A stretch of 64,000 nt of DNA from the NCBI GenBank assembly GCA_951406725.2, contig OX597816.1:90892001-90956000 (forward strand), given 5' to 3'. The notes beneath the pieces were generated by a model. That model did no database searches, was not told the origin of the DNA, and saw nothing but the letters and a program-made list of their open reading frames with translations. Positions 1 to 12,800 of this stretch are shown here, piece after piece; within the stretch, counting starts at the first letter, position 1; each line of letters starts with the position of its first letter. A program made the position numbers and the translations under genes. Source of the stretch: Octopus vulgaris. Its lineage: Eukaryota.

Positions 1-66
1 TATTCCTTTACTCCCTTCCTTTTTGTCGTCATCTCATTAACATATACCATTTTCATTTTCTCTATT

Positions 67-123
67 TGTGTCTGATGAAGGAATATCCCATACTCGGGAA
101 TATTCTAGAAATAGCTATAAAAC
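67..123 (+). ncRNA. Degenerate minimal type-I hammerhead ribozyme-like motif (Penelope-type)
   Basis: CTGATGA at 72-78, then an imperfect stem II (GGAATATCCC...GGGAATATTCT), GAA plus palindromic ATAGCTAT (111-118), and H17=A. Stem I pairs only 3 of 4. Confidence 0.5.
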
Positions 124-201
124 CTTGATTTTTTTCTAATAATAATATTGTATATGACTTGAGATGTTTGCCTTGCATTAACGTTTGTTGTCCGCTTTAA
201 C

Positions 202-204
<3 letters not shown>

Positions 205-292
<88 letters not shown>
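205..292. repeat. (TA)n microsatellite
   Basis: Near-perfect TA run. Confidence 0.98.
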
Positions 293-296
<4 letters not shown>

Positions 297-695
297 TATA
301 TACGCAATAGTGGGCATTAAAACGTTCGGACAGATAGACGACACTAAGACGGACAAGAGAAACAACAATTAGAAGGAGAGGCAAAAAAGACGGGCCATTC
401 TTGTCTTTCTTTCATCAGTCAAGTACCAGAAGTCCCGACCATTTCGGACAGTTACACTAGAGATGGTTCGATCTGGTTGTCCCCCAAAAAGTCTAAGCTA
501 ACATCATTAGACCCCTTTGTAAGAAAGCTAGCCAATGTCTACGGCAACAAATACGAAAGACAATCAAACAAAAAAAACGGAGAACTTGGTACACAATTAT
601 GAATACAACAACAAGAAATAACAACAGGCGTCTTGCGACTGAGAACTATTCAAATTGTTCTGGCGTGTATGAAGTAAAAGCCTAAAGGCAGGAAC

Positions 696-745
696 ATATA
701 TATGTATATATATATATATACATATGTATATATATATATATATAC

Positions 746-791
<46 letters not shown>

Positions 792-798
792 GTATATG

Positions 799-830
<32 letters not shown>

Positions 831-921
831 TATGTATCTGTACATATATATACACATATCGTTGTATATATATATATATACATATATATGTGCATATATA
901 TGTATATATATGTGTATATAT
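696..921. repeat. Compound (TA)n/TACA low-complexity tract
   Basis: Interrupted TA repeats. Confidence 0.95.
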
Positions 922-1171
922 GCACGAACACGATAATACTTGTCTAAGTATTAATCTTCCTTTAACCTTCTTTCTTTTCCCTCTAAGCAGTTACAACAGC
1001 GAAAGCTTATTACGTTATTCTATCTAGACTGGAACGAATGTTTTACTCGTTCATGATTAAATTTTTTGCGTTACTACAATATTTGTTACTTTTATTCATT
1101 CTCGAACTGGATGGTCATATAACAGCAAGTCAGCCGACACAAAAATTATCAAGTGAGACTTCTTTATCAAA

Positions 1172-1216
1172 ATACTAGAAGAGACTCAGGCTGATGGGTC
1201 GAAACATATGTCGTAC
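1172..1216 (+). ncRNA. Degenerate minimal hammerhead-like motif
   Basis: CTAGAAGA (damaged CUGAAGA), stem II GACTC/GGGTC, GAA plus palindromic ACATATGT, GUC triplet, short stem I TAC/GTA. Confidence 0.5.
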
Positions 1217-1282
1217 CTAGTAAAAGTCTAATACGAAATCCATCTCCTACTATTAAGTAATACACACACACACACACACACA

Positions 1283-1318
<36 letters not shown>

Positions 1319-1974
1319 ATATATATATATATATATATTTATATACACACACATAATATACACACACTTGTATGTATGAATGTATGGTTCACAATTGTAG
1401 TAATGTGCAATAACACACGAGTAAATTGTTGATCCATTTTTACTAATAGCTGTGAGCTTTCGTGCGTTTATTCAGGGTACAAACTATTCCCATTAGTCTT
1501 CTTTGTCGCCTGAGTGACATAAAGGGTGACAATGTGAATCACCGTTGCGGTACGATTTTCCTAACCACACAGTCACGCTTACACCAATATCAAAGGTCGT
1601 ACGTACATAATATATACATTAAACAATATATATTGGTGGAGTGACGCTATAACACCGCGCCTAGTAACTTCTGTAATTTGCATTTTTTAGGAAATCTCTT
1701 TAAAATTCTTAAAGAAAAGAATCATTTTTATATTTTATCCTTTCATGTTATGGTAGACCCAGCCTTCAGGTAGAATTTTTCTATTGATTCTATTTATGGA
1801 ATGATATTGAAAAGCAAGAAAAATTTTAAGAAATAAATATGAACCGTGAATCTTTTACAATCAACTGGAATAAAATAACATATTCAGGTAGACTTAACGT
1901 GATTCATTTTCAACAAATTAACCACACTCTGGATAACGCCGGGTATCCGATTATATGTGTTGAGTGTGTGTGAT

Positions 1975-2006
<32 letters not shown>

Positions 2007-2139
2007 TGTATGTATGTATGTATGTATGTATGTATGTATATGTGCGTGTATATATATATATATACACACACACATATATATGTGTGTGCAAGCATGTATG
2101 TGTATATATATGTATGTGTATATATATGTATATGTATGC

Positions 2140-2170
<31 letters not shown>

Positions 2171-2171
2171 T
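1975..2171. repeat. (TATG)n/(TA)n compound microsatellite
   Basis: Direct reading. Confidence 0.95.
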
Positions 2172-2536
2172 ATCCTTAAATCCTTAAATCCTTAAAAATG
2201 TTTTAGCCCGAAGGCCGCGGCCATGCTGGGGCACCACCGCTGAATGAGCTACACTAGTTTGTGAATCCACCTCTGATACGTGGCACTTGATCAACAAGGG
2301 AGTTCGATGCTGCTGCCCGCATCCGTGTCTCCTGTCGTGAGGTAGGTTCATCTGGGACTCCCAACAAGAAGAGATCCAGTTTAGTTTTAAAGAAACCCAC
2401 ATCCACACCATGTAAGTCTCTCAGGCATTTAGGGAGGATGTTAAAGAGCTGTGGTCCTCTGAAACCCAAGCTGTTGCAGTATCTGGACCTGTATTTTGAT
2501 GGTGATGTTGGAATCCTTGGCACCACGCAGCGGCGC

Positions 2537-2539
<3 letters not shown>
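2172..2539 (-). mobile_element. 5'-truncated CR1-group LINE 3' end
   Basis: The ORF gives [32 protein letters not shown] (ORF2 C-terminus), followed by a 3'UTR stem-loop and a (TTTAAGGA)3 tail. (TA)n flanks both sides. Confidence 0.85.
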
Positions 2540-2606
<67 letters not shown>

Positions 2607-2623
2607 TTATATATGTATATATA

Positions 2624-2677
<54 letters not shown>

Positions 2678-2768
2678 TATATTTGCATATATATTTACAT
2701 ATTTGTATATATATATTTATATATGCATATATATATTTATATATTTATATTTGTATATATATATATGT
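2540..2768. repeat. (TA)n tract
   Basis: Direct reading. Confidence 0.95.
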
Positions 2769-2769
2769 A

Positions 2770-3070
2770 TCTATACATATCAAATTGAGAATGTCTGTCT
2801 GTATGTGTGCATCACTAAAACTGGAGAACTACCCAACCGATTTCATTCCAATTCTACAGATGCTTTACTTAGGGTCCATGCAGTATCATGGGCCCTAATG
2901 CGAGCCTGGAGCAATCTCTTATTTCTTACACTATTTCAGTACTACATATCAAAAGTGAAACAATAATATCTCTATTGTAATGTGAGATAGTACCTTCAGT
3001 TTTAATCGTTTCAATATTAATACTTTCAATAAGTATATAATATATATATAGTGAAGCTATTAATACTCAA
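2770..3070 (+). mobile_element. Probable non-autonomous Helitron 5' part
   Basis: The A|TCTATACATAT..GTCTGTCTGTATGT..AACTACCCAACCGATTTCATT start resembles invertebrate non-autonomous Helitron 5' ends. No 3' CTRR found. Confidence 0.4.
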
Positions 3071-3079
3071 ACTATTATC

Positions 3080-3303
3080 TCACTCATATACATATGCATA
3101 TATATATATAACATGTATATATTTATATATATGTATATAAATGTGTATATATATATATATGTATGTATATAGATATGTATATATATATGTATATATATAC
3201 ATATATATGTATATAAATATATATATATGTATATATATATGTATATATGTATATATATGTATATATATATATATGTATATATGTATATATATGTATATAT
3301 ATG

Positions 3304-3336
<33 letters not shown>

Positions 3337-3605
3337 ATATATGTATATATATATATATGTTTATATCTACATATATGTATGTACATATGAATATAAAGTT
3401 ATATATGTATATATACATATATATTGTATGAATATATATATATACATGTATATAGATATGTATATATATATATATATATAGATATAGATACATGTATATA
3501 TATATACACATGTACATATATGTATATATACATGTATATATATATGCATATATACATATGTATATGCATGCATATGTGCGTATATATATATTTATTTGTA
3601 TATAT

Positions 3606-3663
<58 letters not shown>

Positions 3664-3728
3664 TCATATATATGTTTTATATATATATGTTTATATATAT
3701 ATATGTGCTTGTGTGTGTGTGTGTGTGT
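3080..3728. repeat. Long degenerate (TA)n/(TATG)n/(TG)n tract
   Basis: About 650 bp of low complexity running into the SINE family-B 3' half. Confidence 0.95.
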
Positions 3729-3932
3729 CCTTGTGTCTGTGTGTGTAGCCCACCATCACTAGATAAACGATGTTGCTGTGGTTACGTCCCCGTAACTTCA
3801 CCGTTTGGCAAAACAAACCGATATAATAAATTCTATTACGTAGAAAGAACAAATCCTGGGTCGATTTCCTCTGTTGAAGGCGGTGCTTCCGCATGGCCGC
3901 AGTCACGTGACCGAAACTAGTAAAACAGTAAA
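3729..3932 (+). mobile_element. SINE family B, 3' half
   Basis: Matches ~49995-50190 (TTACGTCCCCGTAAC...GGCGGTGC..CATGGCCGCAGTCA..GAAAC tail). Confidence 0.8.
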
Positions 3933-3967
3933 AAGGTATGCCATTTTAATACTATTATAAACGCTGG

Positions 3968-4018
<51 letters not shown>

Positions 4019-4025
4019 TATATAC

Positions 4026-4075
4026 AGCATGGCTGCGGCCTTCGGGCTGAAACATTTTTAAGGATTTAAGGATTT
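4026..4075 (+). mobile_element. Extremely truncated CR1-group LINE tail
   Basis: CAGCATGGCTGCGGCCTTCGGGCTGAAACATTTTTAAGGATTTAAGGA is the reverse complement of 2172-2228. Confidence 0.8.
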
Positions 4076-4182
4076 ATACATATACATATATACACATATA
4101 TAAATATACATATACATTTATAAATAAGTATATACATATAAATATGTATATATGTATCTATGTGTATATATATATTATCTAT

Positions 4183-4249
<67 letters not shown>

Positions 4250-4393
4250 TATTTATATATGTATATATGTATTTATTTATGGATGTATATGTATATATAT
4301 TTATATGTGTATATATATCTGTATGGATATATGTATATATATATTTATAAATGTATATAAAATTATTTATATTTGTGCGTATATATATATTTA

Positions 4394-4440
<47 letters not shown>
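4076..4440. repeat. (TA)n compound tract
   Basis: Direct reading. Confidence 0.95.
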
Positions 4441-4448
<8 letters not shown>

Positions 4449-4584
4449 TATATTGAGGGTACTACTATTCGTAGATACCAACACGCTAAGAGGGACCAAT
4501 GTAGTTTTTAGTAGTTTTGACCGCATTGGTCCCTCTTAGCGTGTTGGTATCTACGAATAGTAGTACCCTCAATATAATATAAAT
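4441..4584. repeat. Perfect inverted repeat, ~61-bp arms, 22-nt spacer
   Basis: 4441-4501 is the reverse complement of 4524-4584. Confidence 0.95.
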
Positions 4585-4682
4585 GAATATTTTCAAAGAG
4601 GAAGAATTTACGGATTTTTTCTGTTACGAGGTTTTTCACGATGACTACTGATAATTTCTTTTAAAGATTTTATCCTCAATTG

Positions 4683-4727
<45 letters not shown>

Positions 4728-6304
4728 GTACATTTCTTTACTTGTGTTTCTTATGTATGTTAAAACTATTGTTTAAGCATTGTGATAGAATTGTTCAATA
4801 ATGATGCTGACATACTGTTTCAAGAAATGAGAAAATTTAAGTAACCTATACACACGTAAATCCTGCTATAGTAATTACAAAAATTGAGAAATAGGATTTA
4901 CATTTCCACCTACTATTACCATGTTCGATTTCACTGCGAAACCTCTTGCCTATATTTCTTTTACACTAGCACTGGGTTGGCTAAATCCTTGGGAATGAAA
5001 TTTTGTAAACGTAAACTATGCACAAGTCCATCAGATGAGCGCGAGTAGACAAGCGTTGATATCCAGCAGACAGATCGGTTGTTCATGTCCTCACCGAACA
5101 GTCAACATCGCCCATTCAGTAGCAATGGGTTTCTATTCAAATATGCTTGCATAACAATCTGTACAAGTGAGATGGCCTACATGCCTCTAAAGAAGTTTCC
5201 AAGAAGCTCTAACTTTCGGCGCAAGAATTCTAGGCGATGTGTTGTCTTTCATAGAATTTGATGATTTATTTCACAAACAGAAATTATATTCATCATTTTG
5301 GAAATAATATTTAATGTTTTTAAATTAATATATTTTCTCTAAAACAATTCCGACTTTATTAACCGTCTTATTAAATTTAGAGTGGTTTGTCCTGTTTGAA
5401 AAATATAGATATGGATTAGTGATGTTTTGAAATATAAGGGTTTCGCGGGAAAATTAGTTTGGAAGTCTCTGCTATTGAGCAAGTCTTTCAGCGTGCTGAA
5501 TAACACAATTCCCTCTAACTGACTCCTATAAAAATAATTTTTCTTTTAGTCAAATAAAAATTAATCAGCATTTTATATAGTTAATATTTAAACATGTAAA
5601 ATAAGCTTCTGGTGATCGAGTCCTGAATTTTCTTTCGATGCTTGTTTGAAAGTTTTTTTTGTTTTATCTTACGTTCTCATGAACAGAATTTAGTGTTTCT
5701 TTTTCCACTAAAAATATGGAGCTTTTGAGTTTACACCCGTGAACTTTAATACCCATCCACCAAGTAATGGTCTTTAAATCTAATAACCATTAGTTATTAT
5801 CTATTAATTAACTTGTCTCAATAACTGAAAAAAAATTCGGTTTCAGTAAGCAAGTTACTGATATCCGTTTTAAAAATATCAAATTGCTATTCACTAAGAA
5901 AGAAATACAGTAATTGATAAAAAATCCTCCTTTCATTTACAGTGCAATATTTGAACTATAGTAGTCCTCTTTCATCACCGCTCAAGAACGATATGTAATG
6001 AAGAGGTAAAACAAGGGAGCATGTGTTACATCTTATGGTCTTGGCTGTTTCTTAACTACACGCATTAGCTAAATTACCGGTCTTTGGCCACTTTGGATCA
6101 AACACGCAGACACACACACGCACGCGCGCATAAATTGTCTGGATATAGAGCAAGAGAGAGTGTCATTAGGTACGAATATGAAGTACGTCTGCTTTGATAT
6201 TCGTGTGATCTCTCAAATACTAATGAGTCTGATGATAGTGTTTGATGTTGTGTAAGTCTGAAGGAGCTAGAATACTATCACACTATCACGGCACTTTTGT
6301 CGCA

Positions 6305-6345
6305 ATACATACATACATACATACATACATACATACATACATACA

Positions 6346-6391
<46 letters not shown>

Positions 6392-6400
6392 CATATATAC
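6305..6400. repeat. (TACA)n/(TA)n microsatellite
   Basis: Direct reading. Confidence 0.95.
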
Positions 6401-7800
6401 ACACAATTATATGCATATGCATGTGCGCGCAAACACGCACACTTACACACATACTTACACGCGCACACATACACGTAATGACTAACATAAACGTATATAT
6501 TCTATTTATTTTCCCGTACACATTAATTCATATTTCTAAAGATGTAGTGAGAGATAAATTATGCACACACGCACCTCAGCAGGCAAACCGAGTGAAATAC
6601 AGAGTTACCATTTTCGTGTCACTGGAAAAGGCCAAAAAGGCCGAAATGCATCTGGCGATCTTGCTGACCGATGCTGGGACGACTTTTTATTTTCCTCCAG
6701 TGTTTACAACACACTACTTCCATAAGATATCTCAGGACAAATACCACAGTAACTGACCTATCAACAGTGAATATACATTAAATATGATACCTAAATGATT
6801 AGTCAATTTGAATACTGCCTCGGTTATACATAACGGATATTATTTTCAGCCAGGCGGCTGTTTGCAACTCCAGTGAATGTTTTATTCCGTTTCCAATATC
6901 ATAGGCGATACATTCTTGCTTAACAAAACCGAAATGCATCAGACGTTCTAGCTGTTGGACAAAACTTTCATCTCCCTTCAATATTTATTGAGTTTTTAAC
7001 ACAGTACGCCGATATGAGATGTTAGCTTAGGACAGTAACCGGTCTATCAACAGTGTTTATACATTTCGTATAGAAGGCTGTATATACTTTGCTTTGTCTT
7101 TTCCGTGTTATTTCACTAAAGACGTTATGAATATTACTGTTCTGAAATTGATTTTGTTTGTTTGGTTTTAGTTCTCTCTTTACGAAGCATTTATTGCTGT
7201 TACTATAATAAGAGGAATTTTAAATTTTCTAACGGAACGAACCAAAATTAAAATACGGTGTTCATTACGTCAAGTAGAAAATGGTATTATATATATAGGA
7301 ACAGCGAATCTTGAAGCAAGTGAAGCTATAACTAATGAATTCAAACTCCCTTTGGATAAAAGTTGGATGCTACTCATGGGACTCCAATCCACATATCTTG
7401 TAAACATGACAGGCGTTCTATTATTGGACTAAAGCAGCCCTTCGAAGTTCTCCATCCATTTTAGAAGCTTATTCTTACCAGTGAGAATTGTATGCAAACG
7501 TCGTAAGATTTTAGAAACTTCGAGAGTGTGAAACAATTCTTTTAGGAACGATGAATCTCGAAGCAAATAAAGCTAAAAGTAAATACTGGGTGTATTAAAT
7601 TCCAGTCGCAAGTATTGGTATATTCAAATCTATGGTAGTAAACAATTGCCTATAAGGGAGCGTTGTGAAATCGAATTCGGAGTTAGATTGTTGCGAAATT
7701 AGCAACACGACCTCTACAATCATTCATACACGCATAAAATAAACTACAACTACTAACGCATAAAGGAAAAGTCCAACACAAATTAAGAGGACTAGTAATA

Positions 7801-8016
7801 TTGGTTTCAAAGTTTGGCCCAAGGCCAACAAGTTAGGGAGAGTAGGGTAAGTCGATTGTATCAGCCCTAATGCTCAACTGATATTTATTTTATTGACCCC
7901 AAAGGATTAAAGGCAAAGTCGACCTCGGCAGACTTTGAACTCAGAACGTAAAGATCGACGAAATACCGCTATGCATTTTGCTCGGTGCGCTGACGATACT
8001 GCCATCTAGCCACCTT
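7801..8016 (-). mobile_element. SINE family A (tRNA-like head GGCGGCGAGCTGGCAGAA.., B-box-like GAGTTCAAATTCC)
   Basis: Homologous to about 15 other copies in the window. Confidence 0.85.
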
Positions 8017-8775
8017 ACGGAATACTAATATTAATTAATACGTATATTTACTTTTCTTATAAAGTAACGACTGGAACAAAGTGGGGCCCTTTTCACTATC
8101 ATGGGGGACAGGGAGGTGGGGTGAAGGCGAATTGCTAGTACATTAGAACTGAGAGTGCACAACTATTCTGTGAAAAATTATGAATTTTTAAATTAAAAAT
8201 TCATTAGATTAAATAATTAAAATGTTATAAAGCATTAATTAACGAAATAGTTACATTACTTTAAATATTGAAACACCAAACATGTCACAGAGTATAATGA
8301 GTGGCGTCAGGTTATTCAAAACTCTTGGCAAAAGTGAAAGGGTAAAGAGAAAGTTATGCAACCGTAGTTAAATAACAAGACGGGCAATTGGTAAAGTCGT
8401 TCGTGTGCCGGATAGTTTGCTTTGTAGCTATCATTTCGGCTCTCTGCTCTCGGGGTTCAAATCCTGTCGCGGGGTCAATAAATAAAGTATCACACTTTTG
8501 CACTGGCATCGATCCTTCTTTGTCTTTTGGGATGTTACGATGAGGCCCTTTCGATCTCATTAGGGAGTTGAGAGGCAAGTTAAATCATATACTTAGTAAA
8601 ATGCAAAATGAATATTCATCTTCTTTCAATGCATATAGTATGATAGCTTCTATTATTTGGTATAATTAGAACTCATTTCTGCAACTTGTACAAAAGTCAT
8701 ATTCATTAAAAAGTTCGACCATTTATATTTTGTGTTGACATTAATAATGCGACTACTAATATTTGCTCATTTCCG

Positions 8776-8995
8776 AGGCGGCGAGCGGGCAGCACGCCGA
8801 GTGATGCATAGCGGCAAAGTCAACTTCGGTGGAATTTGAACTCAGAACGTAAAAATCGTTCTGAGTTCAAATTCCGCCAAGGTCAACTTTGCCTTCCAGG
8901 ATCTATGAAATAAGTTCCACTTGAAAACTGGGGTCGATGTAATCGACCAGCCCCTCCCCTGAAATTGTTCGCTTGGTGCCAAAATTTAAATCCAA
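8776..8995 (+). mobile_element. SINE family A with internal fold-back inversion
   Basis: Head and tail of family A; 8813-8893 is a hairpin with 37-bp arms. Confidence 0.85.
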
Positions 8996-9664
8996 TATTT
9001 GCTTATTTGCGAACCTTAGAATTTACATTTCTGATAGTCATCCAGTATAAACCAATGTTTGCTACAGTTAGACGATTTTCTGCTGTTTTTCTTCAGATTG
9101 AACTGCAAACCTGATGACCGTCTTTGATAATCTAAGTGGTTAGTAATATCGAAAACATTTCAAAACACATAACCAGTAAGAATAGGGATAAAATGTTTCA
9201 CTCTACTTTTCAGCTTATAGATTATGGGTCCTCATCTAGTCGCCATAGTCACAAAGTTTGGGTTGTACTCTTCGGACTCTTCACGTGCCTGTTATATTCT
9301 GATAATATGGGACCGAATTCTTGTCAAATCTGCTGGATTAGATTGTTCTCATCCTGTCATCCATATCAGGGATATCCTCATTGGTTATTCTATTATTCGT
9401 GATACAGTTTGTTCATTATACTCGAACCAGGATATATATGTATAACCTGGCTGATCCTAGGACTAAACTTACACCCTCTAGCTAAACTACTCTATATAGC
9501 ACTAAATACAAACTAACTCACTTCCCCATTGTCCTGGAGAAAAACTAGGTAGTGGACATTAAGAGCCTTAAACCTAATTTCTTTATTATTGTAAGTTAAA
9601 TTTTCTTTTTAATTAAAGGAATATCATAAAGTCGTGATCCCCGAACAGAAAATCATTTTTAGAA

Positions 9665-9830
9665 GGAATAGGAAAGCCACCAACCCTTGTGGAGCCAGGT
9701 CATGATCATAGATAGTGAACAGGAAGGATATGGTGACTGAAAGAAGTAGTGCATATCATGGACTTTGATAACCTCTTCGCTGGGTCTAAAATAGAGATAA
9801 ACATCAAATGAGAAAAAATCATTAAAAAAA
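9665..9830 (+). mobile_element. Penelope-like element GIY-YIG C-terminal remnant
   Basis: Translates with a frameshift as HQPLWSQVMIIDSEQE..LKEVVHI..SKIEI, resembling the PLE endonuclease end motif H.P.W..V.II..E......LKE..HI. Confidence 0.55.
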
Positions 9831-12800
9831 ATTTGGGGAACGAAGCTATAACAAAACTGACACCTTGTTAAAAGACTGTGAAACACTAACAGATATATTT
9901 CTCAAACCGTGAATAATAACAATAATCATCATCACAAAAGAAATACAAACCAAACAGGTGAAAGCTAAAGAATGTACAGAAATAATCAATTAAAAAACAA
10001 AAGGGTAGAAAAGAGGGTCATAGAGTTGTATACACAGCTGCTAATAAACAAAACAATATTATAAGACTACAGGCAGAAACAAAAGTTGTATTCTGCCCGA
10101 CTAAACTATGAAAAAACGTATGTCAGTGTATGCCAGCTTTCGTAGAATCTTGTGTTAATGAAGACGATTTAGGGTTTTTGAAAATTAGCTCGCTTAAATG
10201 GAAAACAAATATGTTCCTTAATTAATGTAGGCATCTGATAATCTAATACAGTCCATATAAAAACGGGAGTACTCAAAGGAAATTTCGCTTTCAACACTGT
10301 TTTTGATCTATTAAAATTAGCCCTAAACAACAGAGGAGCTGGTTACAGTGTTTGAAGAACCATGAATATTCATTTGCTCTGTATGGATGGCATCAAGTTG
10401 TATTACCAAAGTATAAAACTTTACAGCTATGACATTAGTGTGGAATTTTGAGCTGAAAAAATACCCCGTGACCACTTCCGAAAAACGGGTAAGTTGAGTA
10501 TGTCACTAAACACTAATGATGAAATCACTCAGATGTAAAAGGAATTAGGAATAGATGTATAACTTGGAAATACTTCGCAGTAGGCTGCAGGGAAATTTTC
10601 TATAAGTAAAGTTCAGAAAATGACGCTTGTAGGAAATGCCCATATTATGCATAAAATACAGCAAAAAATAAGTAAGTTTATTATTAGATTTATTCGATAT
10701 GAAGGCTGTAGAAAAGTTCTGGTAGATTGGAGTAGGTGCATCCTCAAGATAATAATTAGATGTGTTTATATGTGTGTAAGGACGTATATGTTACTGATCC
10801 TGTACAAACTTCCGGTATTTTATGAATCACAGTCTCTGAATATATCAAAATATATTTAGTCTAAATATTATAGCTACTTCAATAATCACACGTACAAATA
10901 TTCATACTTAAACTGTATAATAATTCTATAATTAAACGTAGATATGTACACAAATATATTCTCATGAATGAAATAGGCAAACGTCTAATGAAGAGATTTA
11001 GCGTCCTTATTATGGGATTAATGATACCATAATACGTACCAGGACACTATTTATTCCTCGACAACCCAACTATATCTCTCTTCAAGGAAAATAATTTCAT
11101 TAAGTCATTTATATCGAGAAGTAAATAGAATCAGTAATGTCAAATATTAGTCATAGTATTTCTTATTATATCTTGATCATTTTTTAGAGTTACAGGGGTT
11201 TATCATAGCTAAGAAAAAATATTGATTCTTTTATAAGAAAATACTATTCATGTATGTTCTATGAAACAATGCGTCTCGGCGGAAGAAGGTGGTTTTGTAT
11301 TGAGAGTAAACTGTATTGCTCTACTTCACGAGAGGGCATTTAGTTCAAAATATGTTTTACCAGAAATTTAACAATGACTGCTCTTTTGGTTGCTATTATT
11401 GTTTTTGTTTTTCATATTTGTATACTAGTCTATGCAATAAAACTGTTACGTGTACAATGTATTGTATTGAATATTTGGGTGTATAATGATCAGTAAGTAC
11501 TTGCACAGTATATACCAATTCATTATATATGGGAAGAGAGAGAAGGAGAGAGATAGAAAAAAATAAGGATGTTTGATAAGAGATTGAAATTACTGCAAAA
11601 CTAGGTATTGAGAAATTTAGTACAAGAATTTTTTAAAAAAAATATTAATCTAACAAAAACCCCACACTAGAAATTAAATAAAAATCTACATTGCCTTTCT
11701 ATTTCCTTTGTATTGTATTGTGTAGGAATGGCAAGTTTTTATCTTCACTAGAGTCTGAAACTTCATACACCCATTTTCTACTGAATTTCATTCAGTGTTC
11801 TTCGTCATACAAATATGATGTTTTATAATCTACCTATTTGCCGCTGGTGAATAAAAGTATATTTGGACCACTTGAAACCTAACTAAAACGAGGTCAAATT
11901 TAATCAGTTTATCCATAGGACTATCAAAAAATAATAGTAATTAGTAGAAAGAAAGCCGAAAATTTGTCAGAAAAGTTCGAATAAGATATGTAGAAAACAT
12001 TTTTTTACTTTAGGAATATAAAATTCCTTGAATTGTAACCTTGTTACCTTTCATCGGTCTTAAAAAGTTATTAATAAAGCGAAGTTGGTAAGAAATAGAG
12101 TATAAACGATACGAATGGTTTTACATAAAATTATTTTACAAGAAATTTGATTGGCTGCTTATCTGTTTTTCTACGGGTGAAATTTACTGGAATTATCAAA
12201 ATAAAGAGCGATTTTGTCGGTTGTTATCCGAGAAGTCTGTAATAGTTTGTATCTTTTATTCTCTCAATCAATTTAAATGTCAAACCTCAGTTTTGAAATG
12301 TAATCTGAATTATTGATACGTTCAGATGCATTCGATCACTGACCCTCTCTAACATTTACATTTCAGAATGGCATTTAATCAATTGCCTTTTATAGCCGAC
12401 ATTTTTCTGTTTGATATGTTTATACCTATTTTCTTGATACTATATTTAGTTCTATGCTATTTCGAACGATTTTATGAAACTATATTAAAATGCAGTCATT
12501 TTTTTCACACGTAGATATGCATTTAAGGACTTTGCTTCGCAGCTACATCGAATTCGATTACTCTACGTGGAATCTTGAGAAAGTATCTTCTACCTTAGTC
12601 TTAGGTTGATGAATACGTTTGCAATGAAAACTGTATTGATACTGTTGGCGGAACTCACTTTTTTTTAAAAATCTAGGATATTTGAATAATTTCAATTTCT
12701 TGTTTGTTCTACTTTCGAAATTTAAAACAGAAACTCATCTCTTCTAGTAGGATTAGTCGATAAGGTCCAAAACATGGCTTTTAGACGTTTGTTTTTCAAA

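Noticed and set aside
300-500. Minus-strand GAAA...CTGATGA, a possible permuted hammerhead (similar arrangement at 28885-28940)
   Set aside because: I could not form consistent stems I-III; it may be a PLE terminal remnant but is not supportable as a ribozyme
178-4539. Numerous YIYI/VCVC/THTH ORFs here and throughout the window
   Set aside because: They are translations of dinucleotide and tetranucleotide microsatellites that lack stop codons, not genes
4505-4545. Hammerhead-like reading inside the 61-bp palindrome (CTAAGA..GACC AATGC GGTC AAAA on the minus strand)
   Set aside because: Both core boxes are damaged and there is no helix III or I
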